A DNA stretch of 64,000 bases from Malacoraja senta (GCA_038087875.1 CM075992.1:1862001-1926000); one strand, 5' to 3'. Counted from the first letter of the stretch, positions 12,004 to 24,890 are shown. A program made the numbers and translations. Notes: a model not told the origin generated them from the sequence alone.

Positions 12004-12669
12004 TATGTATGGGGATCGCTGATCGGTGCAGACTCGGTGGGCTGAAGGGCCTGTTTCTGCACTGTATCTCTAAACTAAACTAAACATAAGCTATTCACCA
12101 TTACCAGTGTGGCGTTGGACAAAGCACAGCCGTGGGAAAGCCAGCCGCTTCAGATTCCCAAATGATAAGATTGTGTAGCACACTTGGTGAACTGTCACTT
12201 GAGTGGCTGAAGCCTCAACGTCATGGGACAGATTCTAGTACGCAACCTACAGTGTGATAATTTAGTGGCATGCAGAGTAGACCTCTCATTAATGCAACAC
12301 AAAATAAATACAGTGAGTGAATCACCAGCAAAAATAATGAACAATGTGTTGAAATGATGAGGGATGGTACACTGCAAACATTGTGAGATAATGGGAAAGC
12401 CTTGGATTGTGTGTGTAGGAGTGCAGTACAGAACAGAACAACATCTTCAATATAAATTCCAGTTTTCAATTTCATGCTGAGACGTGCAAGCATGTTTAAT
12501 ATAGTTATTTCTATTTCCACTCTCTGAAGTGATACTTCTAATAAGTTATCTGTGATGGGTTCACTATTCAACTCATTCCCTGATAAACAAAGCACGGTAC
12601 TGTCATTAATGGACCTAAAGTCTGAGCTTCCTCAATGACTCTACACAGATCTAACCACATATCCAACCT

Positions 12670-12925
12670 TGCTTCCGAGTCCGGCCATCGTTTCGCTCAA
12701 CACCTTCGCTCAGTTCGCTTCGGCCCACGTGATCTCCCGTTTTTCTTTACATTTTAACACCGCCTCCTGTTCCCACACTGACTTTTCTGTCCTGGGCCCC
12801 CTCCCTTGTCAGAGTGTAAATTAGAGGAACAACATCTCATATGTTGCCTGGGCAGCTTACAACCCAGCAGTATGAATATTGATTTCTGTCACTTCCCAAA
12901 TCCCCCTCCCTCCGACCCTCTCCTG
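12670..12925 (+). mobile_element. Degenerate Penelope GIY-YIG 3' remnant (continues ~14142-14406)
   Basis: Resembles RFAEHLRSVR...LEEQHLI..LGSLQP.GMNIDF of the better-preserved copies; downstream part ends in the ctgaagaagggtctcgacccgaaa unit. Confidence 0.6.
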
Positions 12926-12995
12926 CCTTAGTCGGCGTGTGAGTTTTAACAGATAATGTTTTATTATTAATGTTTAATTAATAATAAAACGTTTA

Positions 12996-14017
12996 ACCGC
13001 AAGGCTCAGTGCTGGGACCCCAGCTATTTACAATATATATTAATGATCTGGATGAGGGAATTGAAGGCAATATCTCCAAGTTTGCAGATGACACTAAGCT
13101 GGGGGGCAGTGTTAGCTGTGAGGAGGATGCTAGGAGACTGCAAGGTGACTTGGATAGGCTTGGTGAGTGGGCAAATGTTTGGCAGATGCAGTATAATGTG
13201 GATAAATGTGAGGTTATCCATTTTGGTGGCAAAAACAGGAAAGCAGACTATTATCTAAATGGTGGCCGACTAGGAAAAGGGGAGATGCAGCGAGACCTGG
13301 GTGTCATGGTACACCAGTCATTGAAAGTAGGCATGCAGGTGCAGCAGGCAGTGAAGAAAGCGAATGGTATGTTAGCTTTCATAGCAAAAGGATTTGAGTA
13401 TAGGAGCAGGGAGGTTCTACTGCAGTTGTACAGGGTCTTGGTGAGACCACACCTGGAGTATTGCATACAGTTTTGGTCTCCAAATCTGAGGAAGGACATT
13501 ATTGCCATAGAGGGAGTGCAGAGAAGGTTCACCAGACTGATTCCTGGGATGTCAGGACTGTCTTATGAAGAAAGACTGGATAGACTTTGTTTATACTCTC
13601 TAGAATTTAGGAGATTGAGAGGGGATCTTATAGAAACTTACAAAATTCTTAAGGGGTTGGACAGGCTAGATGCAGGAAGATTGCTCCCGATGTTGGGGAA
13701 GTTCAGGACAAGGGGTCACAGCTTAAGGATAAGGGGGAAATCCTTTAAAACCGAGATGAGAAGAACTTTTTTCACACAGAGAGTGGTGAATCTCTGGAAT
13801 TCTCTGCCACAGAGGGTAGTCGAGGACAGTTCATTGGCTATATTTAAGAGGGAGTTAGATGTGGCCCTTGTGGCTAAAGGGATCAGAGGGTATGGAGAGA
13901 AGGCAGGTACGGGATACTGAGTTGGATGATCAGCCATGATCATATTGAATGGCGGTGCAGGCTCGAAGGGCCGAATGGCCTACTCCGGCACCTAATTTCT
14001 ATGTTTCTATGTTTCTA
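12996..14017 (+). mobile_element. CR1-clade (HER1-like) LINE, young 5'-truncated copy
   Basis: ORF 13009-13920 with SKFADDTKLGG and CR1 C-terminus; 3' hairpin region and (gtttctat)n tail. Confidence 0.95.
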
Positions 14018-14769
14018 ATGCCATTCCTAACTGTCACTGCATGTCGAGTTGTTAGTTGTGAGCGGAGCACCAAAGGCAAATTCCTTGCATGTGAATACTT
14101 GGTCAATAAACGTATTCGTTCATTTATTCATTCATTCATTTACTGTTGTCCTGTTGAGTTTCTCTGTATGTATATTCGTTATCACCTATCCCACAGCCAA
14201 CAATGGCCTATTGTGTGCCACATCTTTCCTTGATTATCATTGCTTTTTGCATATCATGCATTCATTTCTCCTAAGTACCTTCTATATCTCTGGTTCCCCT
14301 CTCCCCTGATTCTGAGTCTGAAGAAGGGTCTCGACCCGAAATGTCACATATTCCTTTTCTCCAGAGATGCTTCCTGACCCGCTGAGTTACTCCAGCATTT
14401 TGTGACTTGCTTCTTTCATTTAGTTATGCCACCTGTCCACCCAAATCTGAGGGTTATTCTGTTGCGACTCCGTTAGCGCATGCCCACTGCACATATTCTG
14501 CACTATCCTTCCGCCTACCAGATCCCATAACTTTACAATGCTCTGTATTAACTTCAATGTATTTGTTTAAAAGCCACAGGCGTTTTTTCCCTGTTCCCCC
14601 ACTGAAACTATGTTAACATCATAGATAACTTCATATAATTTTTAAACATTATAAAAAGCCCAGCAAGACCCCTGGGAAACCCTTTAATAAAACTCACTCA
14701 GCTCCTAATTGCCACACATTGACTAAATCTGCCAATTTCTACATCAGCCCAATGCATTGCAGTAAACAG

Positions 14770-14995
14770 TGTAGGAAGGAACTGCAGATGCTGGTTTAAA
14801 CTGAAGATAGACACAAAATGCTGGAGTAACTCAGCCAGTCAGGCAGTCTGAAGAAGGGTTTCGGCCCGAAACGTTACCTATTTCCTTCGCTCCATAGATG
14901 CTGCTGCACCCGCTGAGTTTCTCCAGCATTTTTGTGTACAGTCAGGCAGCATCTCTGGAGAGAAGGAATGGGTGACGTTTCAGGTCAAGACCCAG
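14770..14995. mobile_element. Penelope-derived short repeat with a younger copy nested inside
   Basis: Insert ~14847-14938 flanked by CAGTCAGGCAG duplication (14836-14846 / 14939-14949). Confidence 0.75.
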
Positions 14996-16679
14996 GGTCA
15001 ATCATTGCACTGAACCCAATAAACAAAGAATGCTGAAGTCTTTATGAAACAAGCATATCCATCATCTTATCTCAATGTCCAATATAGACCTTCTAATGAA
15101 ATGTACTAAATATATAATATTTTCTAACATTCGTACATAAATGTATGGCCATATGTCTCCAGAGGTCTGTTCCACCCTTCTTGGCTTCAATTCCATTTTC
15201 TTGACCACTCCCAATAATCCTTGCTTCTCCTACAATCCAAAAATCTATCTCAGCCTTGAATAAATGTATCGACTCCGCCTCCACAAGTGTATGGGGCAGA
15301 TAATTATCATTCTAAAACTACACCTCCAAGTCTGGATTACCCTGCAAGATGAAATATCAATTCATCCTTTACCCCGTCAAGCCAGATCAGAACATTATTA
15401 GATCCTTAAGGATAGGTTATTGCTCTGAAACTACAAATCATTGTTTCTATTTAACCTCTCTTCCCAAAATCATTTTTGTTCATAGTTTGTTCACCTTTCC
15501 ACAGCGGTACTTGAGTATTTAAATCCATGGATATATTCTTGAATAAGTCGAATTATTCTTGACATCCACTTTAAAACTGGGACCAGACTTTTGTGAACAG
15601 CATACAGACATATGATTGAGCCTCCTAGCAACCAAGGGTAGCGAATTCCAAAGATTCACCACCTTTTGTGTGAAAACATTTCTCCTCATCTCAATTGTAA
15701 ACTTTGTACTCTGTATCCTGAGACTGTAACTCCTAGCTCTTGCCTCCTCAACCAGTTGAAATATCAGATCTCCCCTCAACCTCTGACATTATATCTTCTA
15801 GCAAGAACCAGCAATGTCAGAGAGGGAGGGGGGAGGGAGGGGGGGAGATAACTAGAGAGCAAATAAAAGAAGCAAAAATGCATCCATGTAGCAGGAAGGA
15901 TGACAGTAACTGGCATCAGCCACTCATCATGATTTGCAGATCTCAATCTCACCTTCCCAGTCTCGGCAGTGGCTCCCGCTTTCTCCACAAAAGTTGCTCT
16001 TGATTTCCCTCAACAGTCAACATCAGAGCCTTCCCTGTAAACATTTTCCACAAGAGACTATATTTTGGAAAAGCTGTGCTTCACTTCCGCATATTCCTGC
16101 GTCCTTCAATTTTAACCCAGGTCCCTTGGTATGTAAAGATTTCACTGGGTGTCTCCACACCCACATTGCCAACAATAGAGAATCAAAGCACCTCAGCCAT
16201 GGCTGAATACTGTGGGGTTTGGGACAGTGAATCTAATAGAAATACTGGGTAATTTCCTAGCTTATATTGATTATATTTATTTTTATCCTCTGTTTCATCA
16301 GCCATTCAGTCAGGAGAGTCTCCAAGGGGGATGAATCATCCTGCCTTATTTAACATTAAGATTAAGATGGTGCTGTTTTTAACATTCTCCATTCATATGT
16401 TTCTTAATCTCCGTACAAGTATGGAATTAATGTCTTTCTGTTTCCACGAATGCTTGAAACCCAAAGCCAATGCCCTATCAATTGAAAATCAGTGCTTCAT
16501 GTTTAAAATATTTTAACCAACTTATATTCATCAAAATCTAAATCTATAGAGAAAACAAAAGATGGTAAGGACCACCCAGACTCCTATTAGAATGTTTCTT
16601 TTCCCCATCCCTCATCCAGCCCTCCCACTGAATCCTCTCCTCCCAACTGATCACCCCCTTCCCCTCACATCTTCTTTGC

Positions 16680-16872
16680 TGTTGTGTGTTGGGGTAGCAG
16701 GGCGAAGGCTGTGGATGCCAACAGGATTAACAAGCTCATCAGGAAGGCTGGCTCCGTCCTGGAGGGGAGGATGCTCCTCAAACTGCGGAGTATCTTGGAC
16801 AATACAGCTCACCCCCTCCATGACACCACTGGTCAACCTGAGGAGCACCTTCAGCAAGAGACTGGTTTCACC
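16680..16872 (+). mobile_element. Rex1/Babar fragment
   Basis: CWGSRAKAVDANRINKLIRKAGSVL...ILDNTAHPLHD. Confidence 0.7.
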
Positions 16873-17202
16873 AAGATCCCTCCCCAATCGTTGTCTCCTG
16901 TGCCTCCTAAACATAGAGAAACTTCACAAAAAGTTGGTAAAGATATCACGTTTACTTCTTTTGCTGAATTTCAATTCTACCGTCCCCACTATCTCCTCCT
17001 CAAATCCACTCCAATAGACATCTCAGAGGAGCCAACCCTGCTATTAGTACCACAAGCAGCATGATGATAAAACAATTAGTGCAACTGTCTCACAGCTCCA
17101 GGGTACCAGGTTCGATTCTAACTTTGGGTGTTGCCTGTGTGGAGTTTTAATGTTCTCAGCTTTGTGGAACAGTTTCCTTCCTCATCCCAAAGATGTGTTG
17201 CC

Positions 17203-17580
17203 AGATACATAGATACATAGAAAATAGGTGCAAGAGTAGGCCATTCGGCCCTTCGAGCCTGCACCGCCATTCAATATGATCATGGCTGATCATCCAACTC
17301 AGTATCCCGTACCTGCCTTCTCTCCATACCCCCTGATCCCTTTAGCCACAAGGGCCACATCTAACTCCCTCTTAAATATAGCCAATGAACTGGCCTCAAC
17401 TACCCTCTGTGGCAGAGAGTTCCAGAGATTCACCACTCTCTGTGTGAAAAAGTTTTTTCTCATCTCGGTCTTAAAGGATTTCCCCCTTATCCTTAAGCTG
17501 TGACCCCTTGTCCTGGACTTCCCCAACATCGGGAACAATCTTCCTGCATCTAGCCTGTCCAACCCCATAAGAATTTTGTA
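17203..17580 (-). mobile_element. CR1 LINE 3' fragment
   Basis: ORF 17299-17643 carries the CR1 C-terminus; (gtatctat)n tail. Confidence 0.95.
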
Positions 17581-18079
17581 CTGCCTATTGCAAATTACCT
17601 CCAGCACAGGTAAAGGGCAAAATGTATCTAGGTTGATGGACACATAGAAGAGAATAAATTACAGGGTTGCACAAAAATAAGATGGGAATGGCACTGATGT
17701 AGGCATTCCTGGGAGCTGGCATCATTTCAAAGGACTGAATGACCTCCTTCTGCATCATGATAAGTAAGTGTACACAACTTAACATTGGAAATAAAAACAC
17801 AAAATGCTGGAAACACTCACATGTCAGGTAGCATATGTGGAAAGAGGCACAGAGTTATAATTTCAGGACTAAGTCCCTTGGCCCATTGTGTATTTATAGC
17901 ATTTTCTGATTTTATTTCAGGTTTTCAGCATCTGCAGTTTTGTGTTTGATTTTCAACTTACATTTGATTGACTGAAAAATGGTAAGGAAGGGGAACTTTG
18001 ACCTCCGTCTCCTCTTGAAACGTAGATGCTAAAGACAGCTGGTGAGGCTGTTTCCCAGTCCACCCCGAGATGGTTCTTC

Positions 18080-18624
18080 AGGGGCTGTCCCACTTGGGCG
18101 ACCTAATCCACTAGTTCTGGCGAGTTTGCCCTCGACTCATACTCGCAGCATGGTCGACACGAGGTCCTAGGATGTCTTGGTAACTCTCCTTCATGCTCGA
18201 GAGTAGTCTCCGTCTACTCGAGGTCTCAGCTAGGTCGCGGCGAAAAACGCCCGCGAGTAAAAAAAGGTCGCCATGGAAAAAATCGATACTTTTCTTACTC
18301 GTAGGTTTAGTCGTAGTAGGTCGTAGTCGGTCGTAGTCGGTCGGCATGTTAGTCGTAGGTAGTCAAGGGTAGTCGAAGGTAGTCGTAGATAGTCTTCATC
18401 ATCGTCGAAGGGAGGTCGAAGGAGATCGAAGGAGGTCGCCTTCACTCTCCACTATTCGGTGACCAATTTTCCTGAAGTTAGTTGTAGCTAGTCGAAGCTA
18501 GTCTTCAACATAGTCGAAGGAGGTCGAAGGAGGTCTTCTACATAGTCGAAGGAGGTCTTCAACATGACATTTTTTCAAACTCTCCGAAACTTGCCAATTA
18601 GGTCACCCAAGTGGGACAGCCCCT
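18080..18624. mobile_element. PIF/Harbinger-like MITE (545 bp)
   Basis: TIR AGGGGCTGTCCCACTTGGG.GACCTAAT at both ends; 3-bp TSD TTC; internal gtcgaaggag/gtcgtag tandem arrays. Confidence 0.8.
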
Positions 18625-19664
18625 TTCTACCAGGTTTGTGAATTAAATGAGTGATCTCATGGTTTGTACTTACTCACTGCCATTGATGAGTTGGGCTGAA
18701 GGGCCTGTGTTTGTACTAAATAACTATGATTCAATGACCATTAGCTGAACTAGCTTTCTGCTCTATCAATGACACTTATTTAACTATGTTCTCCTCTAAA
18801 TGTATGTTTTCTCTGCATTAAACTGAGGTTAGATGATTTAACTGATGCTCTCCCCAGAGGTTGTTTTTTTAGCAAGTGAGAAGCTTTCGTGGAGATAATT
18901 TTTAAAATGTTCTATCAAAGCCGTGGATTGTCATCAATAATTTAATGACTTAAACTTCGATCAAATGTTTTACTTCATTCCTTCATAATCCTTCCCTTTC
19001 AGTCTTCCACCTCTGGGAGTTCAGTGCCTCACTCAGTCATATTGCCACTGGCAATTTAAGAGATGGTTTGAATATTGTGAGAATTACAATTAGGGTGAAG
19101 AATCTAAAAGACATCCACGGAGCTCATTTTATTTTAAATTGAATGGGTTTAGAATCACATACATTTTAAACCACTGAGGGAAACTTTTTGACCCATTCTC
19201 TACCATTTGGGGAAAAGAAACAGACCAAGTTAAACCTAACTCTCAATTTATAGCCTCATCTGTTCTAGCCCCAGCTCTTCCATTAGTTAACCAGGTATTT
19301 TTGAAATAAGTCAAGGGCTTCTACTCACTTCACCCTTCCAGACACCCGGTGTGCAATAGGTTAAAAAAAACGACCTTGATATTTGCTATCAATTAACAAA
19401 CTTTATGTAGAGACAACTTAAAGTTATGTCCCTAAATTAATGTCCTTTGTGCTGAAGGGAATGGCTGCTTTCTGTTCACTGAGTAGACCTTTTATAATGT
19501 CCCTATTTAAAACAATCTTAAAGTTATGGAAGGTAGACAAAAAATGCTGGAGAAACTCAGCGGGTGAGGCAGCATCTATGGAGAGAAGGAATTAGCGACG
19601 TTTCGGGTCGGGTCTGAATTTTTGTTGATTTTCCTTCGATTTTTCCAGCATCTGCAGTTCTTTC

Positions 19665-19975
19665 TTAAAGTTATGGAGATGTGATCACTATCCCCCAAAA
19701 TGTTCTTCCACTGTAACACCTGGCACCTGACCAGGCTCATTTCCCAACACAAGGTCCAGTATGTCCCCTTCCCGGGTTGGACTATCCACATACTGTTTCA
19801 AGCACCCCTCATGGGTACAACTCACAAATTCTATGACGTCTAAGCCTTTGGAACTGAGCAAGTCCCAGTCAAAGTCACCCACTAAAACAATGTAGTTACT
19901 TTGGTATCTTTCAATAATATGTCTACATATCTGTTTCTCTACCGCTTGCTATGCTTTGCCCCAAAAATGATCCCA
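19665..19975 (-). mobile_element. Old CR1 endonuclease-region fragment
   Basis: ORF 19688-19882 GDFD...QYVDSPTREGDILDLVLGNEPG. Confidence 0.7.
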
Positions 19976-20073
19976 ATGGTCTAAAAATCTGAATCCCTGC
20001 CCTCTATACCAACTCCTGAGCCATACACTCATCTGCCTTAATTTAATAAATCACTTCAACCTTTTGTAAGGAA

Positions 20074-20312
20074 TTTTAGCTTAGAGATACAGCGTTGAAA
20101 CAGGCCCATCGGTCCACCAAGACCATGCCAACCATTGATTGATTACCTGTTCACAGTAGTTCAATGTTATCCCACTTTCACTCGTGCTCCCTACACACAA
20201 GGGGCAATTTATAAAGGCCAATTAACATAAACCTGCACGTTTTTGGGATGTGGGAGGAAACCGGAGCACCTGGAGGAAACCAACACGGTCACAGGGACAA
20301 CGTACAAACTCC
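20074..20312 (-). mobile_element. V-SINE (HE1-like) partial copy
   Basis: Central domain ggtttcctcccacatcccaaaaacgtg and (ctaaa)-type tail shared with other copies. Confidence 0.7.
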
Positions 20313-20440
20313 CAAGTTGTGGTAACTCTACCTCCCAATACATTTTTTTTACTGCAGCAAGAAGAAATCCCAGCTAAATACATGCAAGACACTGGCATGG
20401 ACTGAAGGAGAAGAGGAAATGCCTCATCAACCAACACACC

Positions 20441-20730
20441 TTAGTTTAGTTTAGTTTAGTTTAGAAATACAGTGCAGAAACAGGCCCTTCGGCCCACGGA
20501 AACCACACACTACCACTATCCCACACACACTAGGGACAATTTACAATTATAACAAGCCAATTAACCTACAAACCTGTACCTCCTTTGAGTGTAGGTGGAA
20601 ACTGGAGATCCCGGAGAAAACCTATGCAGGTCACGGGGAGAATGTACAAACTGCGTACAGACAGAGCCCCTAGTCAGGATTGAACCTGGGTCTCTGGCAT
20701 TGTAAACAGCAACTCTACCACTGCGCCACC
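20441..20730 (-). mobile_element. tRNA-derived V-SINE (HE1-like), near full length
   Basis: Minus strand ggtggcgcagtggtagag (A box) ... ggttcaatcc (B box), central domain, (ctaaa)n tail; further copies at ~12005-12085, 21899-22078, 52741-52950, 53266-53534. Confidence 0.8.
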
Positions 20731-20949
20731 TCTGATGGAGAACGAGGCGCCTCAGCCTCAATCACCTTGTTCTTATAATTTCCTTTTGCGTTTATAAGTT
20801 AAGGAGAAATATTGAAACATTGGATTTATTGCCATGAGGTCTTGCTACATAAATACATCACAAAATAATTGAGCTGTATAGTTGTAATTTGACCTGACAC
20901 TGTGTGGAACTATAAAGAAGGGATACACGTCTTGCTAAACAGGAGTTTG

Positions 20950-21170
20950 AAGGGAAATACAAAGTGCTGGAATAACTCAGCGGGTCAGGCTGAATCTGTG
21001 GAGGGATTGGACAGGCGTCGTTTCTGGTCGTGACCCTTCTTCGGACAGCCTGAAGAAGGGTCCCGACCTGAAACGTCAACTGCCCGTTCCCTCCAAAGAT
21101 GCCGCCGGACCCGCTGAGTCATTTCAGCACTTTGTGTTTTGCTCGAGAACCCAGCGTCCGCAGTTCCCTG
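20950..21170. mobile_element. Penelope-derived fold-back repeat with two opposed hammerhead-like cores
   Basis: ...gacccttcttcggacagcctgaagaagggtcccgacctgaaacgtc... with inverted arms. Confidence 0.7.
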
Positions 21171-21493
21171 TGCAGTTCCTCCAAATGTGACGGAGGCAGA
21201 CCTGAAGGCTGCCAGCTTCCATTCCCCTCCCTGAGTTGTCAGCTCAAATCTAGGGAAGAGATAAACGAGCTTAACTTCTGCTTCGGATCTTCAAGCAATA
21301 ATTTTCCCGCGGGTACCAGGTGAGGAGAAAGCCGTGCCTCTGGTAACAAGCTTCCTTGTGAGGGACTTGGTAAACTTGCCATAGGGAAGCTCAGGGCTTT
21401 GCACAGTGTGAGAGAACATCGTTCCACAACAGCAGAGGAGAAACGTGGAGGAAATATTAAAAATATGTTCATGGTCATTGCATTGTGGCCCAT

Positions 21494-21507
21494 GTTGCTA
21501 TAGCAAC
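21494..21507. promoter_or_regulatory. RFX X-box, perfect palindrome GTTGCTATAGCAAC
   Basis: Matches X-box consensus GTNRCY-AT-RGYAAC; lies in sequence not recognisably repetitive. Confidence 0.5.
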
Positions 21508-22259
21508 AGGCTAGGCATGTCCTAAGTGGTTCTGCCAGATGAAACACACTGGTGGGAAGGGACACAGCATTTCATCTATGACCCTTTCACTCTGTAGGCG
21601 TCCAGTACCCAGATATTTTTGTTACCAATATTATTATTTTGTTATAAGGATGCAGAATGAAATAAGTTTAGAACAAACTCAGCATTGCCTTCATCTCTCT
21701 GGCAAAGAACTAATTCCTCTCCTTAATCCAGTCTTGATTTCTGCTGGGAGTAGGAATGTGCAAAATAATGTATATTTGACGCTTTTGTTGGGGTTGGGTA
21801 AATAGATGCATATTATACATATAAAAAGGCATTATATTGAAACAAAAGCAAAATACCACAGATGATGGAATTCTGGAATAAAATGAGTAAATATTGCAAT
21901 TTAGTTTAGTTCAGAGATATAGCATGGAAACAGGCCCTTCATCCCACTGAGTCTACAGCAAGCTTTGATCACACTAGTTCTATGTTATCCTACTTTCTCA
22001 TCCACTCCCTTCACATTAGGAGCAATTTTGGTTTTACAGGGACTAGTAAAATCACAAACCCGCACGTCTTTGGGGTGTAGCTACAATATTTATGTGGATG
22101 GTACTTGGATAGACAAGGAGTAGAGGGATGTGGGCCTAATGTGGGGACATGGGATTAGTGTAGATAGGCGTCACGGTTGGCATGGATGTGTCGAGGCAAA
22201 GGGCTTATTACAGCTTTTTGGTGCTATGACAGTACTACCAATAATGTTTCAGTGGTGTG

Positions 22260-22928
22260 TACACAAAAATGCTGGAGAAACTCAGCGGGTGCAGCAGCAT
22301 CTATGGAGCGAAGGAAATAGGTAACGTTTCGGGCCGAAACCCTTCTTCAGACTGATAGGGGGTGGGGAGAAGAAAGGAAAAAAGGAAAAAGGCGGAGGAG
22401 GAGCCCGAGGGCTGGGGGAGGGGAGGAGACAACCAGATGGCTGATGAAGGGGAGGGGACAGCAAGGGCTAGCAGAATTGGGAGAATTCAATGTTCAGGCC
22501 ACCAGGATGTAGAGTGCCCAAGCAGAATATGAGGTGCATTTCCTCCAATTTACGGTGTTGCTCGCTGTGGCCATGGAGGAGACCCAGGACAGAGAGGTCA
22601 GATACGGAATGGGAGGGGGAGTTGAAGTGCTGAGCCACCGGGAGTTCAGGTTGGTTATTGCGGACCGACCGGAGGTGTTCGGCGAAACGATCGCCAAGCC
22701 TCCGCTTGGTCTCACCGATGTAGATCAGCTGGCATCTAGAGCAGCGAATGCAATAGATGAGGTTGGAGGAGATGCAGGTGAACCTCTGTCGCACCTGGAA
22801 CGACTGCTTGGGTCCTTGAATGGAGTGGAGGGGGGAGGTGAAGGGACAAGTGTTGCATCTCTTGCGGTTGCAAGGGAAAGTACCCGGGGAGGGGGTGGTA
22901 TGGGAGGGAAGGGAAGAATTGACAAGGG
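22260..22928 (-). mobile_element. Penelope-like element, truncated (GIY-YIG domain + terminal repeat)
   Basis: ORF 22468-22794 NLIYCIRC..C..IYIGETKRRLGDRFAEH; TSD TGTTTCAGTGGTGTG (22245-22259 / 22937-22951). Confidence 0.9.
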
Positions 22929-23578
22929 GTGTGGTGTGTTTCAGTGGTGTGGTTTAGAGTGGCAACTAGGTGCCTTCTCAGGCCACTGAACAAGCTATTC
23001 TCTCTCCCTCAGTGCTAGAGTAATCACAAATAGATCATTGTTGGCAATGCGTACCAGCCTTTACAGAGAAACAGCACTGCCAATAAAATGAAGGTCAACG
23101 TTTGAACAATTTGCTAAAGTGGAGTAGACCACACCAATGATGAATGAGTTAGAGATGGCTCTGATTCTTTTCCAGCTGCTTATTCACATTGCTTCAGCCA
23201 GCAGAATTCCAGCCAACTAATCCACTTCATTTTGTTCCATTTCAAATGCATGACCACAAAGATGTGTCCTTGCTCAAAGGCACTGAAAGGGACAATGTTG
23301 GACATTTGCCACTGCACTTAGGTTATATTAAAGGAAATAAAACTACTGGGCCTTGAAACTCAGATGGTATGTGAGCCTTTCGTTTGAGGAGACAACGGGA
23401 TAAATCGACCATCGGGTGAAACATTTTAACATGGACTAGAGAGCCAGAGGAAGGCTGATCTCTGGGCTACATGACAGAACAACTCCCAGTATCCAGAGAG
23501 TGGTGTCACAATAAACTGCCTGCTCTGCTCCATAACAGTGGTGGGTGTACACTGTAGCAAGAACTACCACAAGTGTTC

Positions 23579-24890
23579 GAAGGTACACAAAAATGCTGGA
23601 GAAACTCAGCGGGTGCAGCAGCATCTATGGAGCGAAGGAAATAGGTAACGTTTCGGGCCGAAACCCTTCTTCAGACTGATAGGGGGTGGGGAGAGAAAGG
23701 AAAAAAGGAAAAGGAGGAGGAGGAGCCCGAGGGGCTGGGGGAGGGGCGGAGACAACCAGATGGCTGATGAAGGGGAGGGGACAGCCAGGGCTAGCAGAAT
23801 TGGAAGAATTCAACGTTCAGGCCACCAGGATGTAGACTGCCCAAGCGGAATATGAGGTGCATTTCCTCCAATTTACGGTGTTGCTCGCTGTGGCCATGGA
23901 GGAGACCCAGGACAGAGAGGTCAGATACGGAATGGGAGGGGGAGTTGAAGTGCTGAGCCACCGGGAAGTCAGGTTGGTTATTGCGGACCGACCGGAGGTG
24001 TTCGGCGAAACGATCGCCAAGCCTCCGCTTGGTCTCACCGATGTAGATCAGCTGGCATCTAGAGCAGCGAATGCAATAGATGAGGTTGGAGGAGATGCAG
24101 GTGAACCTCTGTCGCACCTGGAACGACTGCTTGGGCCCTGGAATGGAGTGGAGGGGGGAAGTGAAGGGACAAGTGTTGCATCTCTTGCGGTTGCAAGGGA
24201 AAGTACCAGGGGAGGGGGTGGTATGGGAGGGAAGGGAAGAATTGACAAGGGAGTTACGGAGGGAGCGGTCTTTGCGGAAGGCAGACATAGGGGGAGATGG
24301 GAAGATGTGGCGAGTGGTGGGGTCACGTTGGAGGTGGCGGAACTGACGGAGGATCACTTGTTGTATGTGACGGCTGGTGGGGTGAAAGGTGAGGACTAGG
24401 GGGACTCTGCCTTTGTTGTGAGTGGGGGGATGGGGAGAGAGAGCAGTGTTGCGGGGTATGGCAGAGACCCTGGTGCGAGCCTCATCTATGGTGGAGGAGG
24501 GGAACCCCCGTTCCCTGAAGAATGAGGACATTTCAGATGCCCTGGTGTGGAACGCCTCATCCTGGGAGCAGATGCGGCGTAGACGGAGGAATTGGGAGTG
24601 GGGGATGGAGTCCTTACAGGAAGCAGGGTGGGAAGAAGTGTAGTCCAGATAGCCATGGGAGTCGGTAGGTTTGTAGTGGATGTCGGTAAGGAGTCTATCA
24701 CCTGTGATGGAGATAGTGAGGTCAAGGAATGGTAGGAAAGTGTCGGAAATGGTCCAGGTGTATTTGAGTGCCGGATGGAAGTTGGTGGTGAAGCGGATGA
24801 AGTCAGTCAGTTGTGTGTGGGTGCAGGATGTGGCACCAAAACAATCATCGATGTAGCGGAGGTAGAGGTCGGGGATGGGGCCCTGGTACG
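23579..24890 (-). mobile_element. Penelope-like retroelement, 5'-truncated (RT C-half + GIY-YIG endonuclease)
   Basis: Open frame from YQGPIPDLYLRYIDDCF through FLDL, YKPT to GIY-YIG; 9-bp TSD CAAGTGTTC (23570-23578 / 24891-24899). Confidence 0.95.

Noticed and set aside
12370..12475. Signal-peptide-like MKLKTGIYIEDVVLFCTALLHTQSKAFP as first exon of the unidentified gene
   Set aside because: Acidic residues before a short hydrophobic core, and only a weak phase-1 donor (A|gtgtac); needs RNA data
18290..18560. Short direct repeats resembling a CRISPR array
   Set aside because: No unique spacers, eukaryotic context, and located inside a MITE
20640..20730. tRNA-like A and B boxes
   Set aside because: Head of a V-SINE, not a cloverleaf tRNA gene
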